From Gemmatimonadales bacterium (lineage in GTDB: Bacteria; Gemmatimonadota; Gemmatimonadetes; Gemmatimonadales; GWC2-71-9): 64,000 nucleotides of DNA. A program made the position numbers and the translations under genes. Numbering within the stretch: position 1 is the first letter of the stretch; the number at the start of each line of letters is the position of its first letter. The notes under the pieces are model-generated. The model was not told where the DNA came from. It saw nothing but the letters and a program-made list of their open reading frames with translations, and did not search any database. The stretch spans positions 768,001-832,000 of the forward strand of contig JBBCJC010000005.1 of the NCBI GenBank assembly GCA_037189525.1, written 5' to 3'. Below are positions 41,534 through 51,710 of the stretch, piece after piece.

Positions 41534-42865
41534 ATGGAACCCCCAGAATCCACCGGCGTCATCTCCGGACTCTTCGGCGTCGTTGCGCTGGTATTGGCCA
41601 ATGCGTTCTTCGTCGCGGCCGAGTTTGCCCTGGTCGGTGCCCGGAAAACGCGGCTCGAAGAAATGGGGCGGACCGGCGACCGCAAAGCTATCCTCGCCCA
41701 CCGCGCCGTTCAATCACTCGACCGGTACATCTCCGCGACCCAGCTGGGCATCACCCTATCGTCCCTGGGCCTCGGGTGGATCGGGGAACCGGCCCTGGCC
41801 CACCTGATCACCGGCCTGTTCACCTTCCTGCCCAGCGGGATCCAGCCGGTCGCGGTACACTCGGTCGCGATTGCCATCGCCTTCTCCATCATTTCGATCC
41901 TGCACATCGTGCTGGGTGAGCTGATGCCGAAAGCGGTCGCCCTGCTCTTCCCCGAGGAAGTCAGCCGCTGGACCGCCGGGCCGCTGATGGGATTTGCCTG
42001 GCTGATGTCGATCCCGATCCGGATCCTCAACGGCTCGGCCAACACGCTGCTCCGCCTGTTCGGGGTGCGGCGGCCCTCGGAACATGCCCGGGTCCACAGC
42101 GCCGACGAGATCCGGATGCTGGTCGAACAGAGCGAGGTCGGCGGGCAGGTCAGCCGGGAAGATGCCCGGCTGATCGAGGGTGTCTTCGAGTTCACCGAGA
42201 AGACTGCCCAGGACGTGATGACGCCCCGCACCGAAATCGTGGCGCTCGAGGCCAACCTGACGGTCGACCAGGCCGCCGGAATCGTCGCGACCGCAGGCCG
42301 CTCCCGCTATCCGGTCTTCCACGACACCCTGGATGAAATCGTCGGGATTACCCACGCCAAAGACATCCTCAAGGCCCTCCGCGCCAACCCGGCGCGGCCG
42401 ATCCAGACCATCAGCCGGCCTCCGCACCTGGTGCCCGGCACGCGCGAAGTCGAAGACGTCCTGGCCGACATGAAGCGCCTCAAGGTCCACATGGCCATCG
42501 TGCTCGACGAGTTCGGCGGCACGGCGGGGCTGGTCACCATGGAGGACCTGCTGGAGGAGATCGTCGGGCCGATCTTCGACGAACATGACCGGGTCGAACG
42601 ACCGCTCGATACCGCCGCCGCTCCTTTGATCGACGGGGCCATGCCGATCGACGAGTTCAACGAAGCGTATCAGGCCGAACTCGACGACACCGACTACACC
42701 ACCATCGGCGGCTTGCTCTTCGGTGAGTTGGGACGTCTCCCCGTCCCGGGAGACCGGATCGATGTCGGCGGCTTGACGTTCGAGATTACCGCGATGGAGG
42801 GACGGCGGGTCAAAACGGTTCGGCTGAGCAGCCGACAGGACGCCAAGACGGAAACGACGACCTAA
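41534..42865 (+). CDS. Hemolysin-family/CNNM-CorC protein (DUF21-CBS-CorC)
   Basis: NAFFVAAEFAL, QLGIT, GELMPK, VMTPR, SRYPV, DEFGGTAGLVTMEDLLEEIVG. Confidence 0.93.
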   Translation: MEPPESTGVISGLFGVVALVLANAFFVAAEFALVGARKTRLEEMGRTGDRKAILAHRAVQSLDRYISATQLGITLSSLGLGWIGEPALAHLITGLFTFLPSGIQPVAVHSVAIAIAFSIISILHIVLGELMPKAVALLFPEEVSRWTAGPLMGFAWLMSIPIRILNGSANTLLRLFGVRRPSEHARVHSADEIRMLVEQSEVGGQVSREDARLIEGVFEFTEKTAQDVMTPRTEIVALEANLTVDQAAGIVATAGRSRYPVFHDTLDEIVGITHAKDILKALRANPARPIQTISRPPHLVPGTREVEDVLADMKRLKVHMAIVLDEFGGTAGLVTMEDLLEEIVGPIFDEHDRVERPLDTAAAPLIDGAMPIDEFNEAYQAELDDTDYTTIGGLLFGELGRLPVPGDRIDVGGLTFEITAMEGRRVKTVRLSSRQDAKTETTT

Positions 42866-43788
42866 GTCCTGCGGAGCGACGCCAGCCGGGCAGCGACCTC
42901 GAGCGCTTCCCGCATGCTGCGCGCATCGGCCAGTCCCTGCCCGGCAATATCGAAGGCCGTACCATGGTCGGGCGAGGTGCGCGGAAACGGCAACCCCAGC
43001 GTCACATTCACCCCCTGCCCGAACCCGGCGACCTTGACCGCCGTCATCCCGACGTCATGGTAGGGAGCCAGCACCGCATCGAACTCCCCGCGCATGGCGC
43101 GGACGAAGACGGTGTCGGCGGGATACGGCCCATGCGCACCCAGCGCCGCGATCGCCGGCGCCAGCACCCGGGTTTCCTCATCGCCGAAGAGACCCTGTTC
43201 ACCCGCATGCGGATTGAGCGCGCACACCGCCAGGCGCGGCTCGTCGATCCCGAACCAGGCCCGGAGCCCGGCCGCCGTGACCCGACCGGTCCGGATGATC
43301 CGTTCGGTGGTGAGCACGGCCGGAACGTCCCGCAGCGCAATGTGGGTCGTGATGAGCACGACCCGGAGCGCCCCGGCTGCCAGCATCATCGCGACATCGA
43401 CATCGCCAGCCAGGTGGGCAAGCCACTCGGTATGCCCGGGGTAGCGGAAACCGGCGACATGCAGGGCATGCTTTTCGACCGGCGCCGTCACGATCGCATC
43501 GACCGTCCCCGCCTTTGCCAGCGCCACGGCCCGCTCGACCGCATGGCCCGCCAGCTGGCCCGCCCGAGCCACCCGCCGGCGATCCTCGGGCCGCGCCCCC
43601 GCACCGGCCCCCCAAGGGCCTAGGCCGACCGTCTCGACGCCCGGAACGGCCGCGACCTGGTCATCGGCGCCGATCAGGATCAGATCGGCGTCGAGCGGCT
43701 CTGCTAAGGCTTTGGCTACGATTTCCGGACCGATACCCCGGGGATCACCCAGGGTAACGGCAAGGCGGGGACGGCGGGGTGAGGTCAC
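42862..43788 (-). CDS. pdxA: 4-hydroxythreonine-4-phosphate dehydrogenase
   Basis: GDPRGIGPE, GHTE, NPHAGE, YHD, RTSPDHGTAFDIAG. Confidence 0.95.
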   Translation of the reverse strand: MTSPRRPRLAVTLGDPRGIGPEIVAKALAEPLDADLILIGADDQVAAVPGVETVGLGPWGAGAGARPEDRRRVARAGQLAGHAVERAVALAKAGTVDAIVTAPVEKHALHVAGFRYPGHTEWLAHLAGDVDVAMMLAAGALRVVLITTHIALRDVPAVLTTERIIRTGRVTAAGLRAWFGIDEPRLAVCALNPHAGEQGLFGDEETRVLAPAIAALGAHGPYPADTVFVRAMRGEFDAVLAPYHDVGMTAVKVAGFGQGVNVTLGLPFPRTSPDHGTAFDIAGQGLADARSMREALEVAARLASLRRT

Positions 43789-45131
43789 ACGTCGCGAATC
43801 TGGACGAAACTGGCCTTACGCAGGCGTTCGAGGTGGCGCCCTTCGCCCAGCCGGCGGGCCAGATTGCGCCGGATCTGTTCCCGAACGTCTTCGTAGCGTA
43901 CTTCGCCGGCCGGAGTCCGCTTGGTCAGCTGCACAATGGCCCACTTGGACCGGATCGGGTCGGGCGACGGCAACTGGAACAGCGGTCCCACGCCGCCTTC
44001 GGCCAAACCCGCAAACGCCTGACCATATCCGGGCGCTTGCTGCGCCAGCTGGCCGATCGGGTACTGCTGGACTTCGCGCTCTTCCATCCGATCGTGATAG
44101 AGACGCTGGAGACTGTCGAACGACGCCCCGGCAACCGCGGCGGCCTGGACCCGCTCCGCCAGCGCATAGGCGCTGTCCGCGTTGGTCGAATCGATGACCG
44201 GCATGATCAAAATGTGCCGGACATGCACTTCCGCAGCCTGAACCCGCTCCACCTGAATCAGGTGGAAGCCAAAGCCGGTTTCGACCGGATTGGAGATCTG
44301 CCCGGGGCGCAGCGAGAAGGCCGCCGCCTCGAAGCGCGGGTCATATCCCTGCCCGCGCCGGATCCAGTTGAGCGAGCCCCCCTGTTCCTTGGTGCCGGGA
44401 TCCATCGAGAAACGGCGGGCCGCGGTCGCAAAGTCCGCCCCCTTCCGCAACTCGACCAGAATCGAATCGATCAGCTGACGCGCCACTTGCTTGGCCGAAT
44501 CGCTCGGCTGCGGAGCAATCACGATCTGCCGGAACGAGACCAATTCGGGCCGAGGCTCGAAATTGCCCTTCTGCTGCTCGAAGTACTGCCGGATTTCCTC
44601 GTCGGTGGGCGGCACGTCTTTGACGATGCCCCGCTGGCGAAGATTGTCCCAGAAGCGATTGGCCAGGAAGGTGCGGCGCTGCTGCTCGGCGCTGAAGGTG
44701 CGCCATTCTTCGAGGGTCTGAAACCCGGTCCGCTGCAGTTCGGTCCGAAACTGTTCTTCGGACTGATACTGGCCCCGCACGTTCCGGTAGAGCTGGTCGA
44801 CCGACTGGGTGATCTCTTCGTCGGTGACTTTGATCGTGGTATCGCGCGAGGCCTGCTGCACCACCAGTTCCTCGTTTACCAGCGACTCGAGAATCCCGCG
44901 CTGCAACTGGCGGAGGACCGCCGGATCGGTGGGCGCCGGGCGGCCGCGGAGCTCGATCAGCATCCGCTCCTGCACTTCCGACTGCAGGAGCGGACGCGTC
45001 CCGACCACGGCCACGATCTGATCGATCGTGGTCGCCGAATCGGCCGTCTGCGCCGCTGCGCGGCCGGCGGGCGCAACCAGCGCACCCGCCAACCCGAGCC
45101 ACGCCAACCGGGTCGAAAACAACCGTGGCAT
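43785..45131 (-). CDS. surA: SurA-like periplasmic chaperone/PPIase
   Basis: Signal peptide, DQIVAVVG, parvulin motifs (ARRFSMDPG...GGSL, ETGFGFHLI); upstream of pdxA. Confidence 0.85.
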   Translation of the reverse strand: MPRLFSTRLAWLGLAGALVAPAGRAAAQTADSATTIDQIVAVVGTRPLLQSEVQERMLIELRGRPAPTDPAVLRQLQRGILESLVNEELVVQQASRDTTIKVTDEEITQSVDQLYRNVRGQYQSEEQFRTELQRTGFQTLEEWRTFSAEQQRRTFLANRFWDNLRQRGIVKDVPPTDEEIRQYFEQQKGNFEPRPELVSFRQIVIAPQPSDSAKQVARQLIDSILVELRKGADFATAARRFSMDPGTKEQGGSLNWIRRGQGYDPRFEAAAFSLRPGQISNPVETGFGFHLIQVERVQAAEVHVRHILIMPVIDSTNADSAYALAERVQAAAVAGASFDSLQRLYHDRMEEREVQQYPIGQLAQQAPGYGQAFAGLAEGGVGPLFQLPSPDPIRSKWAIVQLTKRTPAGEVRYEDVREQIRRNLARRLGEGRHLERLRKASFVQIRDV

Positions 45132-45157
45132 CCTCACCGTCAGATTCCTCACGTCGA

Positions 45158-46600
45158 TCAGGGCTGCGGCGGTGTCGGCTCCGCCCCTTCGATCGGCGGG
45201 CCAGCAGGCGCCTGCTGAATCGCCCCCGGCGCCGGCCGCGCACTCGCTTCGGCCGAATCCTTCTTGAACTGCGTGGTGGCCAGTTCGACCGACCGCGCAA
45301 TCCCGGGCTGATGGATCTTCCCGAGCTTGAGCCCGCGCAGATGCGCCGACAACTCCGGCGGCAACTGGATCATCTGGGCCTGGCCCTCGAGCAGCTTAGT
45401 AAAGAAGGTGTCGATCTTCTCGCTGGCCAGCTTGGCCTTCGCTTCCGGAGCCAGGGTCGACGAATCCGACAGTTCCGGCACGGCCAGACCAAGTTCGTTC
45501 TCGATCTGCGCGACGATCTGGTTGTAGCGCACGAACGCGAACTGCTTCATCTGCGCTTCCGGGGTGATCCCGGCGGAGTCGGCCGCGCGCAGCAAGAGGG
45601 TGCGCAGGCCCAGATCCTTGGCAAAGGCGGTCAGCAGGCTGTCCGGCGCGCTCCGGATCTGCATCTTGGCCTGGACGTTGAACATCGCGGCCCATTTGGC
45701 AAAGTCACCGACGGTGATATTGCCGCTCTTGGCCTTGGCCAGCACCTTGCTCGACCCGCGCGCGTTCTCCAGATCGGCCACGGCGCTCTTGATGGCCGCC
45801 GGCGCTCCGCTGGTCACTTCGAGATTGTTGGCCGCGATCAGCTCGGCCTGGTAGGTCGAATCGACCGAGGAAAGCCCGTGCTGGCCAAACCCGGTCTGGA
45901 ACCGGTCGCGCGCCTCGGCAAAAGCCGGGCGGCGGATCAGGTGGTAGCCGAACTGGGTGGTGATGACGTCCGTCACCTCGCCGGGAGCCAGCTGCCATGC
46001 CGGATCCTCGAACTCGGGCACGAACTGGCCGCGCGGTCCGAACGGGAGATAGCCCTGATCGTTCTTGCTGCCGTCGGCGCTCAGCTGCGACGCGATCTGG
46101 CCGAAATTGGCGCCACCCCGAACCCGCGCCAGCGCCGCGGTCAGCTGCTGCCGAGCGGCTGCGCTGTCGCGAGCCGTCGGTCCGGCCGGAATCACGATGA
46201 TGTGCTGGAAGATCCGGTAGGTCGGCTCGTTGTAGGCCGCCTCGAGGGCTTCGGGCGTCATCGAGAACCGCTTGGCGCGCACGGAGTCGCGCAGCAGGTT
46301 GAGCCGAATGGTCGACAAGGTCGGCCAGAGCATCGCCTCGACCGCCGTCGAGTCGCTCGGCACCTTGTCTTCGGCCACGGCCTGACCCAGCAGCGCGTAG
46401 TCGAGCCAGAGGTTCGAGATGAACTCGGCGGCTTCGACCGTCGGGGTCCCGCCGCCCGACTGGTTCATGATCGACGCCACCCGCTCGGCAGTCAGCTGAT
46501 GCTCACCCACCTCCGCCGCGACGTCCGATCGCGCCGAGAAGCGATCGCAACCTCCCAGGAGCGCGCTTCCGACTACCAGTCCCAACACCAAACGGCTCAT
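45158..46600 (-). CDS. Lipoprotein peptidylprolyl isomerase (parvulin)
   Basis: Lipobox LGGC; HIII, LSADGS...GYL, FVPEFE, TQFGYHLI. Confidence 0.88.
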   Translation of the reverse strand: MSRLVLGLVVGSALLGGCDRFSARSDVAAEVGEHQLTAERVASIMNQSGGGTPTVEAAEFISNLWLDYALLGQAVAEDKVPSDSTAVEAMLWPTLSTIRLNLLRDSVRAKRFSMTPEALEAAYNEPTYRIFQHIIVIPAGPTARDSAAARQQLTAALARVRGGANFGQIASQLSADGSKNDQGYLPFGPRGQFVPEFEDPAWQLAPGEVTDVITTQFGYHLIRRPAFAEARDRFQTGFGQHGLSSVDSTYQAELIAANNLEVTSGAPAAIKSAVADLENARGSSKVLAKAKSGNITVGDFAKWAAMFNVQAKMQIRSAPDSLLTAFAKDLGLRTLLLRAADSAGITPEAQMKQFAFVRYNQIVAQIENELGLAVPELSDSSTLAPEAKAKLASEKIDTFFTKLLEGQAQMIQLPPELSAHLRGLKLGKIHQPGIARSVELATTQFKKDSAEASARPAPGAIQQAPAGPPIEGAEPTPPQP

Positions 46601-46650
46601 GTCCACTCCATTCGAGTTTCTTGGATGACCGGCGTGGCCACCCGGTCGCA

Positions 46651-49600
46651 TCAGGTCGTAACGACTTGTCTCAACGCCCGCACCACGGCGGGAATGATTG
46701 CTTCACCGCCCAGACGGACCAGCCGGAGCGAGAGCGGTACGGTCCGCCGCACATCGGCGGACAACTGCACTTGGTCGAGCGCGGCCGTGAGGCGGGCCAT
46801 CCGCGGCGTCGTGCCTGCCCGGAAACTGACCCGCGCCTCATCGCCACGCACCAGAATGTGCTGAATACCGAGCGCCGCGCCGACGACCCGGAGACGGGTC
46901 AGGTCGAGCAGATTCTCAGCCTCATCCGGCGGGGCCCCGAAACGTTCCCGAAGCTCCTGGCGTAACTCATCAATTTCGCCAGGCGAGGCCGCCCGCGCCA
47001 GTCGGCGATAGACATCGAGCTTGGTGTCGTCGTCGGCCACATACTCGTCCGGAAGGTGGGCCGGCCGGTCGAACACCACGTCGGGCGGCGCCGGCGCCTC
47101 GACCGCCCCCCCCGAAGCCCGGAGCGATTTGACGGTCTCTTCGAGCCACCGGAGGTAGAGATCGAAACCGACTGCATGGGCATGTCCCGACTGCTCGCCG
47201 CCCAGCAGGTTTCCCGCGCCGCGGATCTCCATGTCCTTGAGCGCAATCCGGTACCCCGCCCCCAGCTCGGTATGGTGCTCCAGCACCTTGAGCCGATCCT
47301 CGGCATCCTGATCCATCAGATCCGGCGTCAGCAGATAGCAGTAGGCTCGACGATGACTGCGGCCGACCCGCCCCCGCAGCTGATAGAGCTGGGCCAGACC
47401 CAGCCGATGGGCGTCGTGCACCACCATGGTATTGGCGTTCGGCACGTCGATCCCGGACTCGACGATCATGGTGGAGACCAGGATGTCGATTTCGCCGAGC
47501 ACGAAGCGGCGCATCACGGCCTCGAGACCGTCGGCCGACATCTGGCCGTGCGCGACCCCCACCCGGGCCCGCGGAGCCAGCGTGCGCACCCGCTCCGCAA
47601 TCGTCTCGATGGTTTCGATCCGATTGTGGATGAAGAAGACCTGCCCTCCCCGGTCCAGCTCGCGCGCAAAGGCCTCTTCCAAGAGCCCGTCGTCCCACGG
47701 TTCCAGGAAGGTGAGGATGGGCGACCGGTCACGCGGCGCAGTCTCGATCAGGCTGAGATCGCGAATGCCCGCGAGCGACATGTGCAGCGTGCGCGGAATC
47801 GGCGTGGCCGTGAGCGTCAGCACATCGACGGCCAGACGCAACGCCTTGATCTGCTCTTTGTGCTTGACCCCGAAACGGTGCTCTTCGTCGACGATCAGCA
47901 GACCCAGATCTTTGAAGTCGACATCCGGCGAGAGCAGCCGATGGGTGCCGATGGTGATGTCGACCACACCGTTCGCCACCTCGGCCAGCACGGTTTTCTG
48001 TTCCTTGCCGGTCCGGAAGCGCGACACGACCTCGACCCGAAGCGGGAAATCGGCCAGTCGCTCCGCAAAGGTCCGCCCATGCTGCTCGGCAAGCACGGTG
48101 GTCGGCACCAGTACCACGACCTGTTTGCCGCCCTGCACCGCTTTGAACGCCGCCCGAACCGCGATTTCCGTCTTGCCATACCCGACGTCGCCGACCAGCA
48201 GACGATCCATCGGCACAGGACGCTCCATATCCCGCTTGACGTCCTCGGTCGACTTGCGCTGATCGGGGGTGTCCTCATAGAGGAAACTCGACTCGAGTTC
48301 CCGCTGCCACTTGGTGTCGGGTGGGAAGGCAAAGCCGGCCTGGACCTGGCGCCGCGCATACAGCTCCAGCAGCTCCGCAGCCATCTTCTGGATCGCCTCA
48401 CGCGCCTTCTCGCGGATCCGTTTCCAGCTGGTGCTGCCGAGCCGATGGATCCGTGGTGGCGCTGCATCGCCGTCGTCGCCGGCGCTCCGATAGCGCTCGA
48501 CCTGATCGAGCCGGTAGAGCGGCACGTGCAGGCGATCGCCGCCTTCGTACTCCAGCACCGCAACCTCGAGCAGGCCGCCTTCCACTTCGATGGTCCGGAT
48601 GCCCCGGTAGATCCCGATGCCGTGATCGAGATGCACCACGTAGTCTCCGTTGGCCAGCGCGCCGGCCGCCGCCACCGGCGCCGCCTGGCGGTAGCGCCGA
48701 GGCCGCCGGAGCCGACGGGCCCGCCGGAAGATCTCATGGTCGGTCATGACGCGGAGCGACGGCATCACGAAACCGCCATCGAGCGCGCCGACCGTCAGCG
48801 CCGCGGCCGAAGCCCGGCCATGCTCTTCGAGCAACTCGGAGAGCCGTTCGAGCTGGCCCTCGTTGTCGCAGAGAATCAGCGTGGGCAACCCGCCGTCGAG
48901 GAGCGATCGCAACCGTTTGATATCGCGATCGACCTTTTCGGGCGGGAAAAAGCCTGCCTGGAGATCGACCGGCTCATCGGCCAGCGCAAGCTGCGCAAAG
49001 CGGGTTGCGAGCGGCCGCCACTGCTCCGGATCGAGGAACAGGTCGCTCCGGGCGGGCACCTCTTCCCCGGTGCGCCGCGCCACGTCCAGGTGATGCTCGG
49101 CCTCGCGCCAGGCCCGGCTGACCTCCTCATTCCCGGCCGTGATCGAATCGACCAGGAGCAGCGCGCCGGCGGGGAGCAATTCGAGCAAGGACCGGCGGAC
49201 CGGGGGCGCTGTCGCTGCCGCCACGGTGGCATCGAATGGCTTGGTCCGCACCGGCAACACCGTCACCACGTCGAGCAGGTCGCCGCTCCGCTGGGTGGTG
49301 AGATCGAAGCTGCGGAGGCTCTCGATCACGTCGCCCCACCACTCGGCCCGGGTCGGCGCGCTCATCCCGAAGCCGTAGAGGTCGACGATGCCGCCGCGGA
49401 CGCTGAACTGCCCGACTTCGAGCACGGTCGCGACTCGCTCATATCCCATCGCCAGCAGCTGGTCGACGGTGCCAGAGAGCGGATGATCCTCCGCCCGGCG
49501 GAGTTCGAGACGCATTGCCGCCAGTGCCGCGGGCACGGCGGTTCGCTCGGCCGTGGCCCGGGCGGTCGTGACCAGAATCTCGAGCTGCCCGCCAAGCAGA

Positions 49601-49923
49601 GCTTCGATCGTCTCGGTCCGTTCGCCCGCGATCTCGACGTGATGTTCTTCCTCACCGAGCGCTTCCCGCTGCGGATAGAGCGCGACCCGCCGATCGGTGA
49701 GTTGGCTCAGGTCGGCCAACCAGCGCTCCGCCTCGGCCGGCGTGGTTGCCACTACGGTGATGAGCCGGTTGTTCCGCTGCTCCGCGAGCCACGCCGCCAG
49801 GACCGCGGGGCTCGACCCCGCGAGCCCGCCGACCCGGAGCAGGCCGCTGCCGATCGGGAGCCGTTCCAGCACCTCTCCGGCAAACCGGGTCCGACCGAAC
49901 GCATCGAGAACGGCGCGCAGCAT
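46651..49923 (-). CDS. mfd: Transcription-repair coupling factor
   Basis: RGGIVD, VVHLDHGIG, GDVGYGKT, DEEHRFG, TATPIPRT, QLRGRVGR, DMEIRGAGNLLG. Confidence 0.97.
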   Translation of the reverse strand: MLRAVLDAFGRTRFAGEVLERLPIGSGLLRVGGLAGSSPAVLAAWLAEQRNNRLITVVATTPAEAERWLADLSQLTDRRVALYPQREALGEEEHHVEIAGERTETIEALLGGQLEILVTTARATAERTAVPAALAAMRLELRRAEDHPLSGTVDQLLAMGYERVATVLEVGQFSVRGGIVDLYGFGMSAPTRAEWWGDVIESLRSFDLTTQRSGDLLDVVTVLPVRTKPFDATVAAATAPPVRRSLLELLPAGALLLVDSITAGNEEVSRAWREAEHHLDVARRTGEEVPARSDLFLDPEQWRPLATRFAQLALADEPVDLQAGFFPPEKVDRDIKRLRSLLDGGLPTLILCDNEGQLERLSELLEEHGRASAAALTVGALDGGFVMPSLRVMTDHEIFRRARRLRRPRRYRQAAPVAAAGALANGDYVVHLDHGIGIYRGIRTIEVEGGLLEVAVLEYEGGDRLHVPLYRLDQVERYRSAGDDGDAAPPRIHRLGSTSWKRIREKAREAIQKMAAELLELYARRQVQAGFAFPPDTKWQRELESSFLYEDTPDQRKSTEDVKRDMERPVPMDRLLVGDVGYGKTEIAVRAAFKAVQGGKQVVVLVPTTVLAEQHGRTFAERLADFPLRVEVVSRFRTGKEQKTVLAEVANGVVDITIGTHRLLSPDVDFKDLGLLIVDEEHRFGVKHKEQIKALRLAVDVLTLTATPIPRTLHMSLAGIRDLSLIETAPRDRSPILTFLEPWDDGLLEEAFARELDRGGQVFFIHNRIETIETIAERVRTLAPRARVGVAHGQMSADGLEAVMRRFVLGEIDILVSTMIVESGIDVPNANTMVVHDAHRLGLAQLYQLRGRVGRSHRRAYCYLLTPDLMDQDAEDRLKVLEHHTELGAGYRIALKDMEIRGAGNLLGGEQSGHAHAVGFDLYLRWLEETVKSLRASGGAVEAPAPPDVVFDRPAHLPDEYVADDDTKLDVYRRLARAASPGEIDELRQELRERFGAPPDEAENLLDLTRLRVVGAALGIQHILVRGDEARVSFRAGTTPRMARLTAALDQVQLSADVRRTVPLSLRLVRLGGEAIIPAVVRALRQVVTT

Positions 49924-51710
49924 CAGGCCCGTCCCTTGGCGCGCACCGCGCTGGCCAGCGCGACCTCGGCCAGGCCCAGCAGTAGCGCGGCAAGCAGGAG
50001 CAAACCGCGCAGATCGCTGGTGGCTCCGGCATGGAACGCCAACGCCCCCGCGCGATCGGGCTCCCCGATGCGCGCCTCGGGCCACAAGGCCCGGACTTCG
50101 TCATCGGTGGCCCGGACCAGGTCGGACTCGCGCGGATCCGGATTGACGTTGAGGACGCCGATCGTGTCGCTGCCGGCAAGCAGGAAATGCGGACTCGGAT
50201 GCTGAGGACGGAACAGCGCTCCGCCTTCGATCGGCCAGCGCTGGTCGCCCTGCGCCACCGCGGTAACGCGATCGGGTACGGCCACGGCATCGCCAGGTGC
50301 GGAGGAGAGCTGCGCCCCTTCGCCGCGGCTGGCCCGATTCAGCACGCCGTCCAGGAACGGCACGAAGCCGGCCGACACCGGCAGCGTGGTCCATTCCGGT
50401 TCGAGCCGGCTGGCGATCAACACGAGCCGCCCGCTGCGCACCATCCAGGGTTCGCCGCCCGCCGTGACCAGCACATCCGTCGGCGCGCCGCCCTGAAAGG
50501 TCAAACGATACCGCCGAGCCACACCGACCCGGCCGATCCAGGCCCCGCTATCCGTCGTGGTCGGGAGGACCGTCAGATCGCCGAACCGCCAGTTAGCGCC
50601 CCGCGCGGCCAGGGCGCGATTGACCGCGCCGAGTTGGGCGGGGTCGCGAGGCGGCATGACCACCGACGCGCCCGCAGTGACCGGACCGAGCGCCACTTCG
50701 CCCCCGGGCACGATCCGCCCGTTCTGGACCAGCACATCCGCGGCAGTGGCAATGAAGCGGTCCTCGGCCGACCACTGCACCCGGGCCGCGGGCGCCACCC
50801 GGACGGCGATCCGCCGCGCATCGTCGGTACGCAACTCGTCGGGATCGAGTTCGGCCTCGACGGTCCACCACCCGGCCGAGAGTCCGGTAATCCGCTGGGC
50901 GCCCTGCCCACCTACCGGAATGAGCAACTGGCGCACCGGCCGGTTACCGGCTACGACCGTGACCGGCCTCGGCGCCGTACCGATCCCGGCGACGGTGATG
51001 CCCGCGGTACCGCCATCCGCGCCCCACGGCTGCGCACCGACCGTCATCCCACTCAGCCCCGCATTGGCCGGCGGCGCCTCGGCCGGCCGGAGCACCGTCA
51101 TCGGTATCGTCACTACCGAACCCGCCAGCGCCGAGCGCTGCAGGTCGGACACGACGACGATTTCCCCCGGCAGGGACTGGGCGGCCACGATATCGGAGGC
51201 GCGCGCCACGGCCGCGCCGAGATCGAGCCGGCGGGACGACGCTCCGACCGAGTCGAGTTGCGCAGCCAGCGCGGCCGCGGTTCCGGCTCGCGGAATACCG
51301 TCGGCCGTGATGAGCCAGAGCCGGTCGTCGGGTGTGGCTCGATCAAAGACGGTACGGGCAGCGGCCACCAGCCCGTCCAGGACCGGCACGCCGCCCTGGA
51401 TGGCGCCGCTCGACAGCGAGTTGTCGAGTACCAGCACCAGCGCGGCCGGCGGATGCGCACCAATCCCCGACTTGGGCCAGCGGGGCCCGGCCGCCGCAAG
51501 GACCAGCGCGGCAATCAAGAGCGTCCGCAAGACGAGCAGCACCAGGTGCTCGAGTTGCAACCGGCGCTGATGGAGACGGGTGGCGTCCGCCAGGTACCGG
51601 GTGGCCGGAAACACCACCGTCGGCGGCTCCCGGCGAGCCAGGAGATGCAGGATGATCGGGATGCCGGCGAGCACGAGCCCGGCGAGGGCCCACGGCGTCG
51701 AGAACGTCAT
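49923..51710 (-). CDS. BatA/vWA domain membrane protein
   Basis: IPIILHLL...FP...LLVLRTLLIAALVLAAAGP (BatA); LDNSLSS and VVSDLQ MIDAS-like; NPDPRESDL; C-terminal TM. Confidence 0.88.
   Translation of the reverse strand: MTFSTPWALAGLVLAGIPIILHLLARREPPTVVFPATRYLADATRLHQRRLQLEHLVLLVLRTLLIAALVLAAAGPRWPKSGIGAHPPAALVLVLDNSLSSGAIQGGVPVLDGLVAAARTVFDRATPDDRLWLITADGIPRAGTAAALAAQLDSVGASSRRLDLGAAVARASDIVAAQSLPGEIVVVSDLQRSALAGSVVTIPMTVLRPAEAPPANAGLSGMTVGAQPWGADGGTAGITVAGIGTAPRPVTVVAGNRPVRQLLIPVGGQGAQRITGLSAGWWTVEAELDPDELRTDDARRIAVRVAPAARVQWSAEDRFIATAADVLVQNGRIVPGGEVALGPVTAGASVVMPPRDPAQLGAVNRALAARGANWRFGDLTVLPTTTDSGAWIGRVGVARRYRLTFQGGAPTDVLVTAGGEPWMVRSGRLVLIASRLEPEWTTLPVSAGFVPFLDGVLNRASRGEGAQLSSAPGDAVAVPDRVTAVAQGDQRWPIEGGALFRPQHPSPHFLLAGSDTIGVLNVNPDPRESDLVRATDDEVRALWPEARIGEPDRAGALAFHAGATSDLRGLLLLAALLLGLAEVALASAVRAKGRA

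Noticed and set aside
47056..50205. 1049-aa plus-strand ORF and similar long ORFs (e.g. 29553-31580, 50031-51788, 53080-54738)
   Set aside because: Antisense shadows of clear genes; stop-poor because of GC-biased codon usage; no motifs.
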